Positions 38,224 through 48,400 of a stretch of DNA of 64,000 nucleotides are shown here, in pieces. The stretch comes from Ostreococcus lucimarinus. Lineage: Eukaryota. Within the stretch, counting starts at the first letter, position 1. Each line of letters starts with the position of its first letter. A model generated the notes under the pieces. It worked only from the letters and a program-made list of their open reading frames with translations. It ran no database searches and was not told the DNA's origin. The DNA lies in assembly GCA_000092065.1 (NCBI GenBank), contig CP000588.1; one strand, written 5' to 3'. Made by a program: the position numbers and the translations under genes.

Positions 38224-39129
38224 CTAGCTACATGTGATTCCTAGGTTCCAAAAACGCAATTCTCCTGGCTGCTCCTGTTCTTCTTCGTCTTCGGACTCGT
38301 ACAAACACAACAGTTCGTGTAAATCATCACGCCAAGTGTACGCGCTCGAATACCACGAGTGCTTATCGGAACGACACCGCTTCCGAGGAAGCCGTCTCCG
38401 AGTCGATGAACGGTCATCACATCTACCGTCAGTATCGACTGGTCGATCGCTCGGGAGTTCGCGCGTCCACGCGTAGTCGCCGCAATTTTTGCACGTGCTT
38501 CGACAAAACGAGCGCAATGCGCGTTGTGTTTTCGTCGCATCCGACGCCATGAACGTGCGATACGCGGCGTTGAAACTCTTCGACACGCACGCGAGCGCGC
38601 ATCGAGTTCTATGATCATCGCACTTCCCCAAAATTTCAATGAGCAAGTCTTCGTGGAACACGTCCAAACTCCCGTTCCCGTCGCTCGGCTCCCGTCGCTT
38701 CCGCTGCGCGCGCGTCCACTCGATTTCGCACCGCTTCCAATCGCTCCTCAATTGTTTGTACTTCGTCCCAACCGACGCCCGCGCGCACAACGGCGACAAC
38801 TGCTCCAGAATATCCCTCACCAGCTTCACGCACAACGAGGACGCGAGCACGCTCCGCTCCGCCACCGCGAGCGCGTCCTCGACCATCGCCACCGCGCGCC
38901 TCACCGCCGCGAGCGCGCTCTCGAGCGCTTTTCCACTCGGTTTCCACGGCGTGCGCTTCACCCCTCGCGTCGTCGTCGTCGTCGTGCGCCGGTGACGATT
39001 TCCCACGAGCAACGCGCGCAACTCTGCGAGCGCCTGCACGCGCTCGCGCGGCGTCATCGACGGCGCGATCGCGGCGAGCACGCGCGCATCGATCACCTTC
39101 GCCCGTTCGTCGCCGTGCGCGGTCGTCAT
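38224..39129 (-). CDS. F-box-like protein
   Basis: The F-box-like segment is LDVFHEDLLIEILGKCDDHRTRCALACVSKSFNAAY, and the C-terminal part is Cys-rich. ATG at 39129. The stop is only 28 bp from the recombinase stop. Confidence 0.6.
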   Translation of the reverse strand: MTTAHGDERAKVIDARVLAAIAPSMTPRERVQALAELRALLVGNRHRRTTTTTTRGVKRTPWKPSGKALESALAAVRRAVAMVEDALAVAERSVLASSLCVKLVRDILEQLSPLCARASVGTKYKQLRSDWKRCEIEWTRAQRKRREPSDGNGSLDVFHEDLLIEILGKCDDHRTRCALACVSKSFNAAYRTFMASDATKTQRALRSFCRSTCKNCGDYAWTRELPSDRPVDTDGRCDDRSSTRRRLPRKRCRSDKHSWYSSAYTWRDDLHELLCLYESEDEEEQEQPGELRFWNLGITCS

Positions 39130-39193
39130 CGCGCCGCGCGACGCGACAGAGTGTCGTCACTCTGCGGCGCGTCCGTCCCGTCGCGCGTTCGCC

Positions 39194-40300
39194 ATGCGAC
39201 TCTCCGACGGCGTCGTCGACGCGCGGAGCGACACGGTGACGAAACCGACGGCGCGCATGAGGGAAGCGATGGCGCGCGCCGAGGTCGGGGACGACGTCCT
39301 CGGCGACGATCGCACGGTGAAGGCGCTCGAACGTAAAATGGCGGAGATGTTTGGATTCGAGGCGGCGGTGTTCACGCCGAGCGGAACCATGGCGAATTTG
39401 CTCGCCATCGCCACGTGGTGCGACGAGCGAGGGAGCGAAGCGATCATCGGAGATAAGTCGCACGTGCACCTGTACGAACAGGGCGGGATGTCGTCGCTGA
39501 TGGGGGTGCATTCGAGAACGCTCAAGAATCGCGAAGACGGGACGCTCGCGCTGGAGGATATACGAGCCGCGATACGCACCGTGAGCGACGATCACTTCCC
39601 AGTGACGAAGGTTGTGACGCTGGAGAACACGCAGAATAAGTGTGGGGGGAAGGTACTGCCGGTGGAGTACGTTCGGGAGGTTGGGGCGTTGTGCGCGGCG
39701 CACGGGGTGAAGTTGCACATGGACGGGGCGAGAATTTGGAACGCGTTGGCGGCGAGCATCGATCACGTTCGCATCGATCACATCTTACAAGGGTGTGATT
39801 CGGCGAGTATCTGCTTGAGCAAAGCCATCGGCGCCCCCGTTGGGAGCGTGTTACTCGGCGATGAGGCGTTTGTTCGAAAGGCGAAGCGGTTGCGCAAAGC
39901 GTTGGGCGGTTCGATGCGACAAGTCGGCGTCTTAGCCGCTGCGGCTTTAGAGGCGATCGATGAAGTATTCCCGAAGATAGCAGAAGATCACGAGCGCGCG
40001 AGGGCTTTCGCGAACGCGCTACAAGGCGCGACTGGTCTCGAATGCGCAACGCCGGAGTCGAACCTCGTTCTCGTGCGAAGCACCATTCCCGGCATCACTT
40101 CCGAGATGTTGATGCGGGAATTGGAGATGAGCCACGGTGTGTTGGTTTTACCAACGAATCAAGACACCATTCGCGTCGCTTTTCACCATCAAATCACGGA
40201 TGCGGGCGTTGAACGTCTGGTCAGTGGCTTTCGTGAAAGCGTGCTCGAACTCGCTCGCGACCCAAAGCTGAACGAAATTATGATGTCTGACGGTATGTAA
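39194..40300 (+). CDS. low-specificity L-threonine aldolase (PLP-dependent)
   Basis: VDARSDTVTKPT..MREAM..AEVGDDVLGDD.TV..LE, FTPSGTMANL, HMDGARIWNA and SICLSKAIGAPVGS (PLP Lys) are all present. Total 368 aa. Confidence 0.9.
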   Translation: MRLSDGVVDARSDTVTKPTARMREAMARAEVGDDVLGDDRTVKALERKMAEMFGFEAAVFTPSGTMANLLAIATWCDERGSEAIIGDKSHVHLYEQGGMSSLMGVHSRTLKNREDGTLALEDIRAAIRTVSDDHFPVTKVVTLENTQNKCGGKVLPVEYVREVGALCAAHGVKLHMDGARIWNALAASIDHVRIDHILQGCDSASICLSKAIGAPVGSVLLGDEAFVRKAKRLRKALGGSMRQVGVLAAAALEAIDEVFPKIAEDHERARAFANALQGATGLECATPESNLVLVRSTIPGITSEMLMRELEMSHGVLVLPTNQDTIRVAFHHQITDAGVERLVSGFRESVLELARDPKLNEIMMSDGM

Positions 40301-40342
40301 TGAATAGTTAGAGATCTGTATTACGAATCTGCAAAGAATTTT

Positions 40343-42568
40343 CTATGGGAAGTATCGCGTCGGCGTGGGTTTGGGTTTGGCCGGCGCTTGTTTGCTCTTC
40401 GGCGTCCACTCGCATGCGCTCGGCTCTGCCGCGTGCGCCTTCTTCTTTCCACCGGGCTTCCACTCGCACGCGGATCCCTGTGCGACGGCTCCATGCGCCG
40501 CCTTATGCTCGGCACGGTGCTTGATCTGCGTCTCGAGTGCCACACGGACGTTTTCATCCAAAACATGAGCCATTTTGCACATCTTCAGGAGCTCGTACGG
40601 TTCATCTTCAATCGGTCGATCGCGGTCCGCCGCAACCACGCATATGAAACCAAAAGGCTCCGTCGTGCCTGCCTTGCACCGAAGCTGGTGCGTATCACCC
40701 GGTGCGGTATACCCGACGTCACCCACCCCAAGATGGTAAGACTCCAGACCGAGCTGGATTTCGCCTTCCCCTCGAAGCACTACGACGACGTGTTCGTGTT
40801 GGTGGTGCTCGAGCGTCGTCCATCCACCCGGGGCAACTTCAAAGTAACGCACGTGGAAAACTGGACTCTCTCCTCGCTTTCCGATGAGTTCGATGCGTGA
40901 ACACTCCTTGAAACTCGCCCCATCCATCTTGTACATTTCCTGCGGTACGCGCTCCCACTGAAACTCTCCCTTCTTTCTATTGAGTACCTTGCTATGATTT
41001 CCGTCTAGCGGCCCCTCAGACGCGTGTTTAGTTCCATTTCTCTTCGCCTCGGCGTCCATCAGGCTCTTCACGAGCGTCGTCAGCTCGTCAACCTTAGACT
41101 CGAGCGCATAATTCTTCTCTTTAAGCGCGCTCATTTGAGCAACGGCTTCAGGGTCAAGGCCCACCGTCCACGGCGTCGACGGCGGCGCAGCCGGATACGT
41201 GCCGTGCGGAGTCAGAGGGTATGGGCTATGTGCACTCGAACTCTCGTCTACGAGTTTCAATCTGGGTCGCATGCCGCTTCCCGGGGTGAAAAGTCCGTTG
41301 CTGTAGTGCGTTGGCACGTGATAGCTGCCAGGTTGTGATTCTCGAGGCCCGTAGATGTCGGTGCGACCCGCCATAGTCAGGATGTGCCTCGCATTCGCCG
41401 TCAAGTCCGAGCTATGGCTGTATAGTGATCCACCGACGAGGAGTAAAACATCTTGACCGTACGTCTCCATCATCACTTTAACCTTGTCGAGCGTCATGCC
41501 GCCGCCCGGACTCGGTAAGATTGACGGGTGGTGCGCCAAGACTCGCCTGGCACCGTGAACAATGTCTTTGCACTCTTCAACACTGAAGCCAAACCGCCCG
41601 CCAAAGTTTGGGAAAATAGTCGCATCTGCACCAGCCAATCGCGGTAGCAACCCGAGCAGGACGCCATGAGCAAATCCGCGAATGGTGTTTTGGCTTCCGC
41701 CGCCGAGCATGGCGCCGAGAATAGCGGGGTGCGCGATGATGGGAAGCCCAAAATCGGGATCTTCTGCCAGCGCTCGCATGCTATCCAAACCCGTGATTCC
41801 TGGAATCATCAACACCGCCCCAGCACCCGCGGCCTTGGCGAACTTGGCGCGCTGTACGACCAAGTGCGCCGGAGCGTTGATGCACGGCGCGTAGATGCAC
41901 CGCCGTCCCGTCTCCGCGTTCGCCCGTTTCACCGCCGCCGCACACGCCCGCACGCGCTCCTCATACGGGGCGTACCGTTGATTCGCCAATCCATGATCAT
42001 CCTTTATGATGTCAATTCCCCCCTTCGCGAACGCGTACGCCATTTCCGCAAGTTTCTCGCTCGGCGTCCCCATCGGCTTGAGCGCCGTCATCACAATGGG
42101 TCCGCGTTCGACCCCGAGCAATTTCCTCAGCCCCTTCGCCCCGAACCTCGCTCCCGCGAACTTCCCTAGCATCGCATCCGAAAGTTCCACGTCTCGCACC
42201 ATCACCCGTTCCTTTATGCTCGTGTTCCCGAAGATGACGTTCACCAGCTGCGGCAACTCGCCGCCCGCGCAGTCGTCGGCGTACCGCACCTTGGCCCTGT
42301 ACACGTCCCCACTCGCGCCTTTCCCGCGCGCGTCCACCCCCGAAGCGCACCGCTCGATCGACACGCATTTTCCCACGACGTGCTCGTTGATCCACGTCCC
42401 CGGCGGGACGAGCGCTTCGGGTAACTCGACGGTTTGCTCGAGACACAGCGCGTCGACGATCTGTCGCGCCTCCGCGTTCGACGTCGCGTCGACGTCGTAC
42501 GTGACGTGAAAGCACGACGACGCGCCGTCGCGCGTTAACGAAGGCGTCGCCGGGGCGTCGCGTGGCAT
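40343..42568 (-). CDS. form IV RuBisCO-like protein fused to a coiled-coil linker, a cupin domain and a Lys-rich tail
   Basis: RLP motifs: ALKPMGTPSEKLAEMAYAFAKGGIDIIKDDHGL, IIAHPAILG, PSPGGGMTL and LLVGGSLYSH. Cupin: YFEVAPGGWTTLEHHQHEHVVVVLRGEG...GDVGYTAPGDTHQL. The ORF is a single uninterrupted run of 741 codons from ATG 42568. Confidence 0.85.
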   Translation of the reverse strand: MPRDAPATPSLTRDGASSCFHVTYDVDATSNAEARQIVDALCLEQTVELPEALVPPGTWINEHVVGKCVSIERCASGVDARGKGASGDVYRAKVRYADDCAGGELPQLVNVIFGNTSIKERVMVRDVELSDAMLGKFAGARFGAKGLRKLLGVERGPIVMTALKPMGTPSEKLAEMAYAFAKGGIDIIKDDHGLANQRYAPYEERVRACAAAVKRANAETGRRCIYAPCINAPAHLVVQRAKFAKAAGAGAVLMIPGITGLDSMRALAEDPDFGLPIIAHPAILGAMLGGGSQNTIRGFAHGVLLGLLPRLAGADATIFPNFGGRFGFSVEECKDIVHGARRVLAHHPSILPSPGGGMTLDKVKVMMETYGQDVLLLVGGSLYSHSSDLTANARHILTMAGRTDIYGPRESQPGSYHVPTHYSNGLFTPGSGMRPRLKLVDESSSAHSPYPLTPHGTYPAAPPSTPWTVGLDPEAVAQMSALKEKNYALESKVDELTTLVKSLMDAEAKRNGTKHASEGPLDGNHSKVLNRKKGEFQWERVPQEMYKMDGASFKECSRIELIGKRGESPVFHVRYFEVAPGGWTTLEHHQHEHVVVVLRGEGEIQLGLESYHLGVGDVGYTAPGDTHQLRCKAGTTEPFGFICVVAADRDRPIEDEPYELLKMCKMAHVLDENVRVALETQIKHRAEHKAAHGAVAQGSACEWKPGGKKKAHAAEPSACEWTPKSKQAPAKPKPTPTRYFP

Positions 42569-42668
42569 GACGCGCGTCGTGCGCGTCGCGCGACGCGCAG
42601 TGACGATCGCGGCGAGGTTTCCCGCAGAACGCGACGACGACGTTCAGCGCGCGTCCATCGAGCGCGGC

Positions 42669-43814
42669 ATGCCGACGCGCGCGAAGAAGAAGCGCGCGAT
42701 CGACGACGACGACGACGCGTCGTCGTCCGCGATCGACGACGACGCGACGGGGGCGAACGAGGAAGAGGAGGCGGTGGTGGCGATGATGATGAATTCGCTG
42801 CAGCCGAATCCGAAGACGAAAACGACAGTCGCGCCGACGCCGAACGCGAGCGGAGGGAAGAAGAGCGATGATAAAATGACGGAGATTTACCTGGAGCTCG
42901 CCGCGCGGTTCGTGTTGAACGCGCCGCCGAGCGAAATCGAGGATTTCAATCGATTGATGTTTCTCATAGAGCAGGCGCACTGGTATTACATCGACTTTAC
43001 GTGCGAACAAGACGCGTCTTTGAGCGCGAGCATGGGTTTAAACGAGTTCGCCAAGGGGATGATCAGCAGCGTGGAGACGCTGAAGTCGCGAATCCCTGGA
43101 TTTAAGAATAATTTCGAGAAGTTTAAGTCGTATAAGTTTGCAATCCCGACGTGCGGCGCGGTGCTGTTGAATCCGACTATGGATAAATGTTTGATGGTTA
43201 GAGGGTGGGGCAGTCAGAATAAGTCGTTAGGATTTCCCAAAGGGAAGATGGATGCTAATGAGACCGAGGCAGAGTGCGCGGCGAGAGAGGTTGAGGAGGA
43301 GATCGGGGTGGACATTCGACAGTTCATAGTGGAGGAGGACAAGGTGGTGTTTATGCGAAAGCGGAAACCATCCGACAAGTTGGGTCAAAAGAACACGCTG
43401 TACTTGATTCAGGGGATCTCCGAAGAGACAAAATTCTTGACGCACACGCGAAAAGAAATATCGGACATCGTGTGGAACCCTCTCTGGATCTTTGATCAGC
43501 CCGAAGAAGCGTTGAAAAAGTTCAAAAACAAGTATGGGCAAATCTACCCGGCTTTACGGGACATCATGGCGTGGGTGAAGCAGAACAAGAAAAAGCACCC
43601 GAAGCCGCGAACGAATCAAGTAGCGGCGCCGCAATCGCCCGCCGCGGGACGCGCGGCGCCGATGTCTCTAGAAGATCTCGAAAACGAGCTCATGTCTGGA
43701 TACGACGACGAACCCGAGGACGACGAGCCCGCCAAGCCGCACAAGGCGTTCGAGGCGTTGACGAATTTCAAGTTCAACAAAGCACGTATCCTTCAGCCTT
43801 TCGTGCGTGGATGA
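42669..43814 (+). CDS. DCP2: mRNA-decapping enzyme subunit 2 (Box A + Nudix)
   Basis: Box A: LELAARFVLNAPPSEIEDFNRLMFLIEQAHWYYIDF. Nudix box: GFPKGKMDANETEAECAAREVEEEIGVDI. The start is set to ATG 42669; an in-frame ATG at 42567 abuts the RLP start. Confidence 0.85.
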   Translation: MPTRAKKKRAIDDDDDASSSAIDDDATGANEEEEAVVAMMMNSLQPNPKTKTTVAPTPNASGGKKSDDKMTEIYLELAARFVLNAPPSEIEDFNRLMFLIEQAHWYYIDFTCEQDASLSASMGLNEFAKGMISSVETLKSRIPGFKNNFEKFKSYKFAIPTCGAVLLNPTMDKCLMVRGWGSQNKSLGFPKGKMDANETEAECAAREVEEEIGVDIRQFIVEEDKVVFMRKRKPSDKLGQKNTLYLIQGISEETKFLTHTRKEISDIVWNPLWIFDQPEEALKKFKNKYGQIYPALRDIMAWVKQNKKKHPKPRTNQVAAPQSPAAGRAAPMSLEDLENELMSGYDDEPEDDEPAKPHKAFEALTNFKFNKARILQPFVRG

Positions 43815-43931
43815 GGAGGGATTCGCGTTGCTTTTGTACAGTACGCTGTAATTGATTCAAAACCTTCACCACACGTCGTCTCGTTGAGCGTCGCGCGCAC
43901 AGCCTCAGACGCCGGTGCGCTGGCGTCAAAC

Positions 43932-45356
43932 ATGTCCGACTTTGGGACGGAAGAGCTAAGTGCCCGCGGCGTTTGCGCGCAAGCTCGGCCGTTCTCGTAC
44001 TTCGACGCGTTCGTGAAGACGTTCAGCGACGCGTACGACCGCGAAAGTAACCCAGACGGTTACATAAACCTTGCCGTGGCACAAAACAACTTGACGGTTG
44101 ATTTGTTGCACGACAGATTTAATGACGCCCTCAAAGAGCTTTCACCGTCGACGACGGCGCAGTACGACGACATGAAAGGTAGCCACGCGATGCGATGCGC
44201 GATGGCGAGACACATGACCCGCAGGGTCGTCGCGGACGACTCCGTGGAAGCAGTGCGCGCGGAAGATTTGGTGCTGTCGAGCGGTGCGGGGGCGGTCATT
44301 GAAAATTTGGTGTTTTGCGTGTGCAATGAGGGCGATGGCGTGTTCATTCCGTCACCGTACTACCCCGCGTTTCCGAACGATTTGCGGGCACGATTAGGGG
44401 TGCAAACGGTGCCTGTGAGCTCGACTCGGTCGAGTGCGTCGCGCGGACAAGTTTGCTTGCCACAGGTTGGCGCGGATTATGACCAGGCCGCGCGCGGACA
44501 AGTTTGCTTGCCACAGGTTGGCGCGGATTATGACCAGGCCGCGCGCCGGCGAAATATCGAGGAGCGAAAGGATCTACATATGAAGATGATTTTGTTGTCG
44601 AATCCGAGCAATCCGCAGGGGATTATTTACTCGAGAGAGGACATGGAAGAGACCATTGTGTGGGCGGTGTCGCAGAAACTCCACGTCATTTCCGATGAAA
44701 TTTATGCGTGTTCAATCTTTGGCGAAGGAGGGCACGCCTTTGTGAGCGCGATCAGCATCGTGGAAAAACTGATCAAGGACGCACTCGATCGCGGTGACGC
44801 AGAATTCGCGCAAAATTGCAGGGATTACGTGCATGTTGTATACGGAATGTCCAAAGATTTCTGCGCAAGTGGTTACCGAGTCGGCGCGCTTTGGACTCAA
44901 AACGCCGGCATCCACAGAGCTTTGGATAATGTATCTTATTTTTGCGCAATTCCTGGACCAATGCAGCACGCTCTTGCGATCGTGCTCAATGACGACGAAT
45001 TTCTCGACGGTTTCTTTGAGGAGAATCGTAAGAGGCTGCGCAAGCAATACGCCACGGTGGCGGAGAGGATCGATGCCTCAGTCATCGAAATCGTCCCTAC
45101 TAGCGGCATGTTCGTGTACTTTAACCTTCGAAAATACTTACCAGAGATACAGCCCACGTACGAGGACGAGCACAGGCTCTGGAATCATATATATACCGAG
45201 GCCAAAGTGGTGCTCACTCCTGGCAAAGACTGCGCGAGCGATGAGCCGGGATGGTTCCGAATGTGCTTCGCCGCCGTCCCCGAACACACCTTGCGTCAGG
45301 CCATCGAACGCATCCGCGCTGCATTTGAGACCATACGCGATTCTTCTAGATGTTAA
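43932..45356 (+). CDS. ACC-synthase-like class I/II aminotransferase
   Basis: NPDGYINLAVAQNNL, LLSNPSNPQG and GMSKDFCASGYRVG (PLP Lys) are present. The track start is TTG; the first ATG is 43932. The CDS contains the 51-bp tandem duplication listed separately. Confidence 0.85.
   Translation: MSDFGTEELSARGVCAQARPFSYFDAFVKTFSDAYDRESNPDGYINLAVAQNNLTVDLLHDRFNDALKELSPSTTAQYDDMKGSHAMRCAMARHMTRRVVADDSVEAVRAEDLVLSSGAGAVIENLVFCVCNEGDGVFIPSPYYPAFPNDLRARLGVQTVPVSSTRSSASRGQVCLPQVGADYDQAARGQVCLPQVGADYDQAARRRNIEERKDLHMKMILLSNPSNPQGIIYSREDMEETIVWAVSQKLHVISDEIYACSIFGEGGHAFVSAISIVEKLIKDALDRGDAEFAQNCRDYVHVVYGMSKDFCASGYRVGALWTQNAGIHRALDNVSYFCAIPGPMQHALAIVLNDDEFLDGFFEENRKRLRKQYATVAERIDASVIEIVPTSGMFVYFNLRKYLPEIQPTYEDEHRLWNHIYTEAKVVLTPGKDCASDEPGWFRMCFAAVPEHTLRQAIERIRAAFETIRDSSRC
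44441..44542 (+). repeat. perfect 2 x 51-bp tandem duplication inside the aminotransferase CDS
   Basis: gcgcggacaagtttgcttgccacaggttggcgcggattatgaccaggccgc occurs at 44441 and again at 44492 with no mismatch. It duplicates RGQVCLPQVGADYDQAA in frame. Confidence 0.95.
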
Positions 45357-45467
45357 TAGGTTTTGTGGTAAATTTGAGTTGCATCGCTAGCTTGAAAGTT
45401 GACGCCAACGCTCCTTTGTAGATGTCCCAATTGCCCTGCGGCGCGAACGCCACAGCATCGCGCGTCG

Positions 45468-48400
45468 ATGTTAGTAACCGATCTCGCGTTCGCTCGTACG
45501 TCTCAAACGATGCATCACAACCGTCATCGCGCGCGATCCGGACGCTCGACGCGCTCAACGACGACGAATCGCGCGCGAACGCGCACGACGGTCCGGTCGG
45601 CGGCTCGAGCGCATTATCAAGACGGCGACGCGCACGCGGCGTCGCAGGAGGGTTACTACAGGTTCCCGGTGATCCGTGGTAACGAGTTGTTCTTCGTGTG
45701 CGAAGACGACGTGTACGCGACCACGATCTCGGGGCTCGATAAACGCGAGAGCGGCGCGGAGACGACGCCGCCGCGACGGCTGACGCAGGCGCACGGCGCG
45801 GTGCAGCGGTTAGTCGTCTCTCCCGATGGATCACGCGTCGCGTTCGCGTGCGCAGAGGATGGATACACCGAAATATACGTCGTGGACGCGCGTGGAGGTC
45901 CTATGAAACAGTTGACACACATGGGGGCTTCGTACGCGCGGGCGTGCTGCTTTTCAGAGGATGGTCGACGGGTGTACTTTACGTCGAGCGGGGCGACGGC
46001 GGAACCGAATGGAGACGAGCTTTGGGTGGTGGACTGCGATGGTGGAGCGCCAATGAGAATGAACCTCGGTCCAGTGCATGATTTCGACGTGCGCAACGTG
46101 AACGGGAAAGAATTGGTTGTCCTCGGTCGTAATACTGAAGACACGGCGACGAAACACTGGGACGGATACGCGGGCGGCGCCGGTGGAGAGATTTGGTATG
46201 GGACCTTAGATAATTTGCTGCGACTTGACTTGCGTCTTCCAAACGAGCGTTTGTTGCGAAATGTTGGCAACGTGTCGTGGTTTGACGACGAGCACGTCGC
46301 GTTCACGGAAGCGGGCGGGCGTTCGACAGCGTTCAAGGCTAAAATTGATACCAATGAATTCAACACTCGCATCGTAGATTGTCAAGGATTCAGTGACTCC
46401 ACAGCAGACAACGAAGACATTAAGTACTTTCCCGTGCGTCATCTGAGCATTGATGTCAGTAGGCAAAGAATCGTGTACACCAGAGGCGGGGATGTATTCG
46501 TGGCAGAAGTTGTAGGTGGCGAACATAAGTCACCTATAAGGTTGCCTATTGAGTGGCGTGGACCTCGTACACAGCTTGCAAAACGATTTGTTCACGCGGA
46601 TGATTGGATCGAAGACTGGGATTTACACCCAGAAGGCTTGACGATGATGGTTCTTGTTCGCGGCCAACCGTTCACGATGGGCATCTGGGATGGACCGGTG
46701 TTGAGTTATCCGCCAGCGACGAAACTGCGATCACCCCAAAGCTCAGTGATAGCACCACTGGCGTCTCTTGCACAAAAGAGTCAAGCGCGTGTCCGGCATG
46801 GGGCTTACTTGTACGACGGTGAACGTCTCGTTTTTGTATCGGACGCCAGTGGTGAGGAGGACATTGAAGTGCATTGGGAAGAAGCTGAGCGACCGGCAAA
46901 ACGATTAGGATTGCATCACGAGTTGCTTGGAAGAGTAGAACGCCTGATACCTAGTCCAGAGGCGCCATTGGTGGCGATCGTGAACCACAGAAACTCACTG
47001 TTGATAGTCAACGTTGAAACTGGGGAAATGCGAACGGCTGACACGTCGAGTGAAGTGGACGGAATCGACGATTTGACGTGGAGTCCTTGCGGGAATTGGC
47101 TCGCTTACACGTACTACTTAAACAACGAAAGATCCTGTATTCGCATTCTCGATGTTCGGAACGGAAAGGTGTTCGATGCCACAAACCCTGTGCTCGGAGA
47201 TCACTCACCTGCGTGGGATCCCGACGGCAAATATCTGTACTTTTTAGGATCTCGAGAACTCGAACCGGTGTACGATGCCGCCACGTTTGGCTTAAATTTT
47301 CCAACTGTTGAACGCCCTCATTTGATCATACTGCAAAAGGATTTACGTAATCCACTTCTCAAGGAGCTCAGACCGCCGTACGATACGGAATCGTCGTCTG
47401 GCTCTGACTATGACTCTGAAACAGATAGTGATGTGGGAAGAAAGATGGATAAACGAGGCAATGGAAGGGACTACATGCCTCGCAAGAAGCCAGTTGTGGA
47501 TAAGGATGATGATGGCAGCGACTGGTCAACTGTGGATGGAGACAGTGATGACCAAATCTTGTCGAGCGGCGACGAGGATGACGATTACGAATCAGACGCG
47601 TCATATTACCATGAAGACGCGCCCCCTGCGATTGAGATTCACATCGATGGCTTGACAGAAAGGGTAGTTGCGCTCCCAATGCCGATATCACGTTATGATT
47701 GCCTTTGCGGTCTTGAAGACGGACGATTTATGGTTGTTGAATACCCTCCGAGTCGCGGCTCTCCCGGAAGCGTTGGTTTGGACTACTCGTCCGATGAAGA
47801 TGATGACGGTTTGGGTTCCCTTATTTCTTACAGTATCCGAGATTTGCGTCGAAGTATCTTAATACACGGTGGCGTGAGCGAAGTGTCACTGTCGATGGAT
47901 CGCAAATGCATGGTTGTGGAAAAAGAGTCGGATGGATTCCTAGAGCTTCGCGTTTACAAAGCTGGCGTGCGGCCGGAGGAAGAAGGGAGCGACAGCGAAG
48001 AATTGGATCAAATGCGGTGCGATCGTAGGACTGGCTTGGTGAATCTAGATGGTCGCATTCGTGTACTAGTTGATCCTGCGAGAGAGTGGGCACAGATGCT
48101 CGGGGAAGTGTATCGTCGTCTTCGCGACGACCTCTGGACTGAGAAAATTTGGAATGAAACGATTGGCGATGACTGGGAAGTCATGTTTGAGGAGTATGTG
48201 AAAGTGCTTCCAAAAGTGAGTACGCGGACCGAGTTTGGGGATTTATTGCGTGAAATTGCCGCTGGCGTTTGTTACTCGCACGTGGCTATCACGTCTGGTG
48301 ATCCTGGACGCTCCCATCGCAGACACTCTGCTGGGTATCTCGGCGCTGACTTCACTTGGGACGGCAAAGTCGGCGGTTATCGCATCTTGAACATCGTGAA

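Noticed and set aside
38524-39781. 270-aa + strand and 381-aa - strand ORFs across the F-box / threonine-aldolase genes
   Set aside because: They are off-frame or antisense to better-supported CDSs, with Arg/His-rich low-complexity products.
39194-43814. Operon or defence-island style reading of threonine aldolase, RLP-cupin and Nudix as a functional cluster
   Set aside because: The genes are on alternating strands with their own promoters in a spliceosome-bearing eukaryotic genome. The Nudix protein is a canonical DCP2 with Box A. Adjacency here carries little functional weight.
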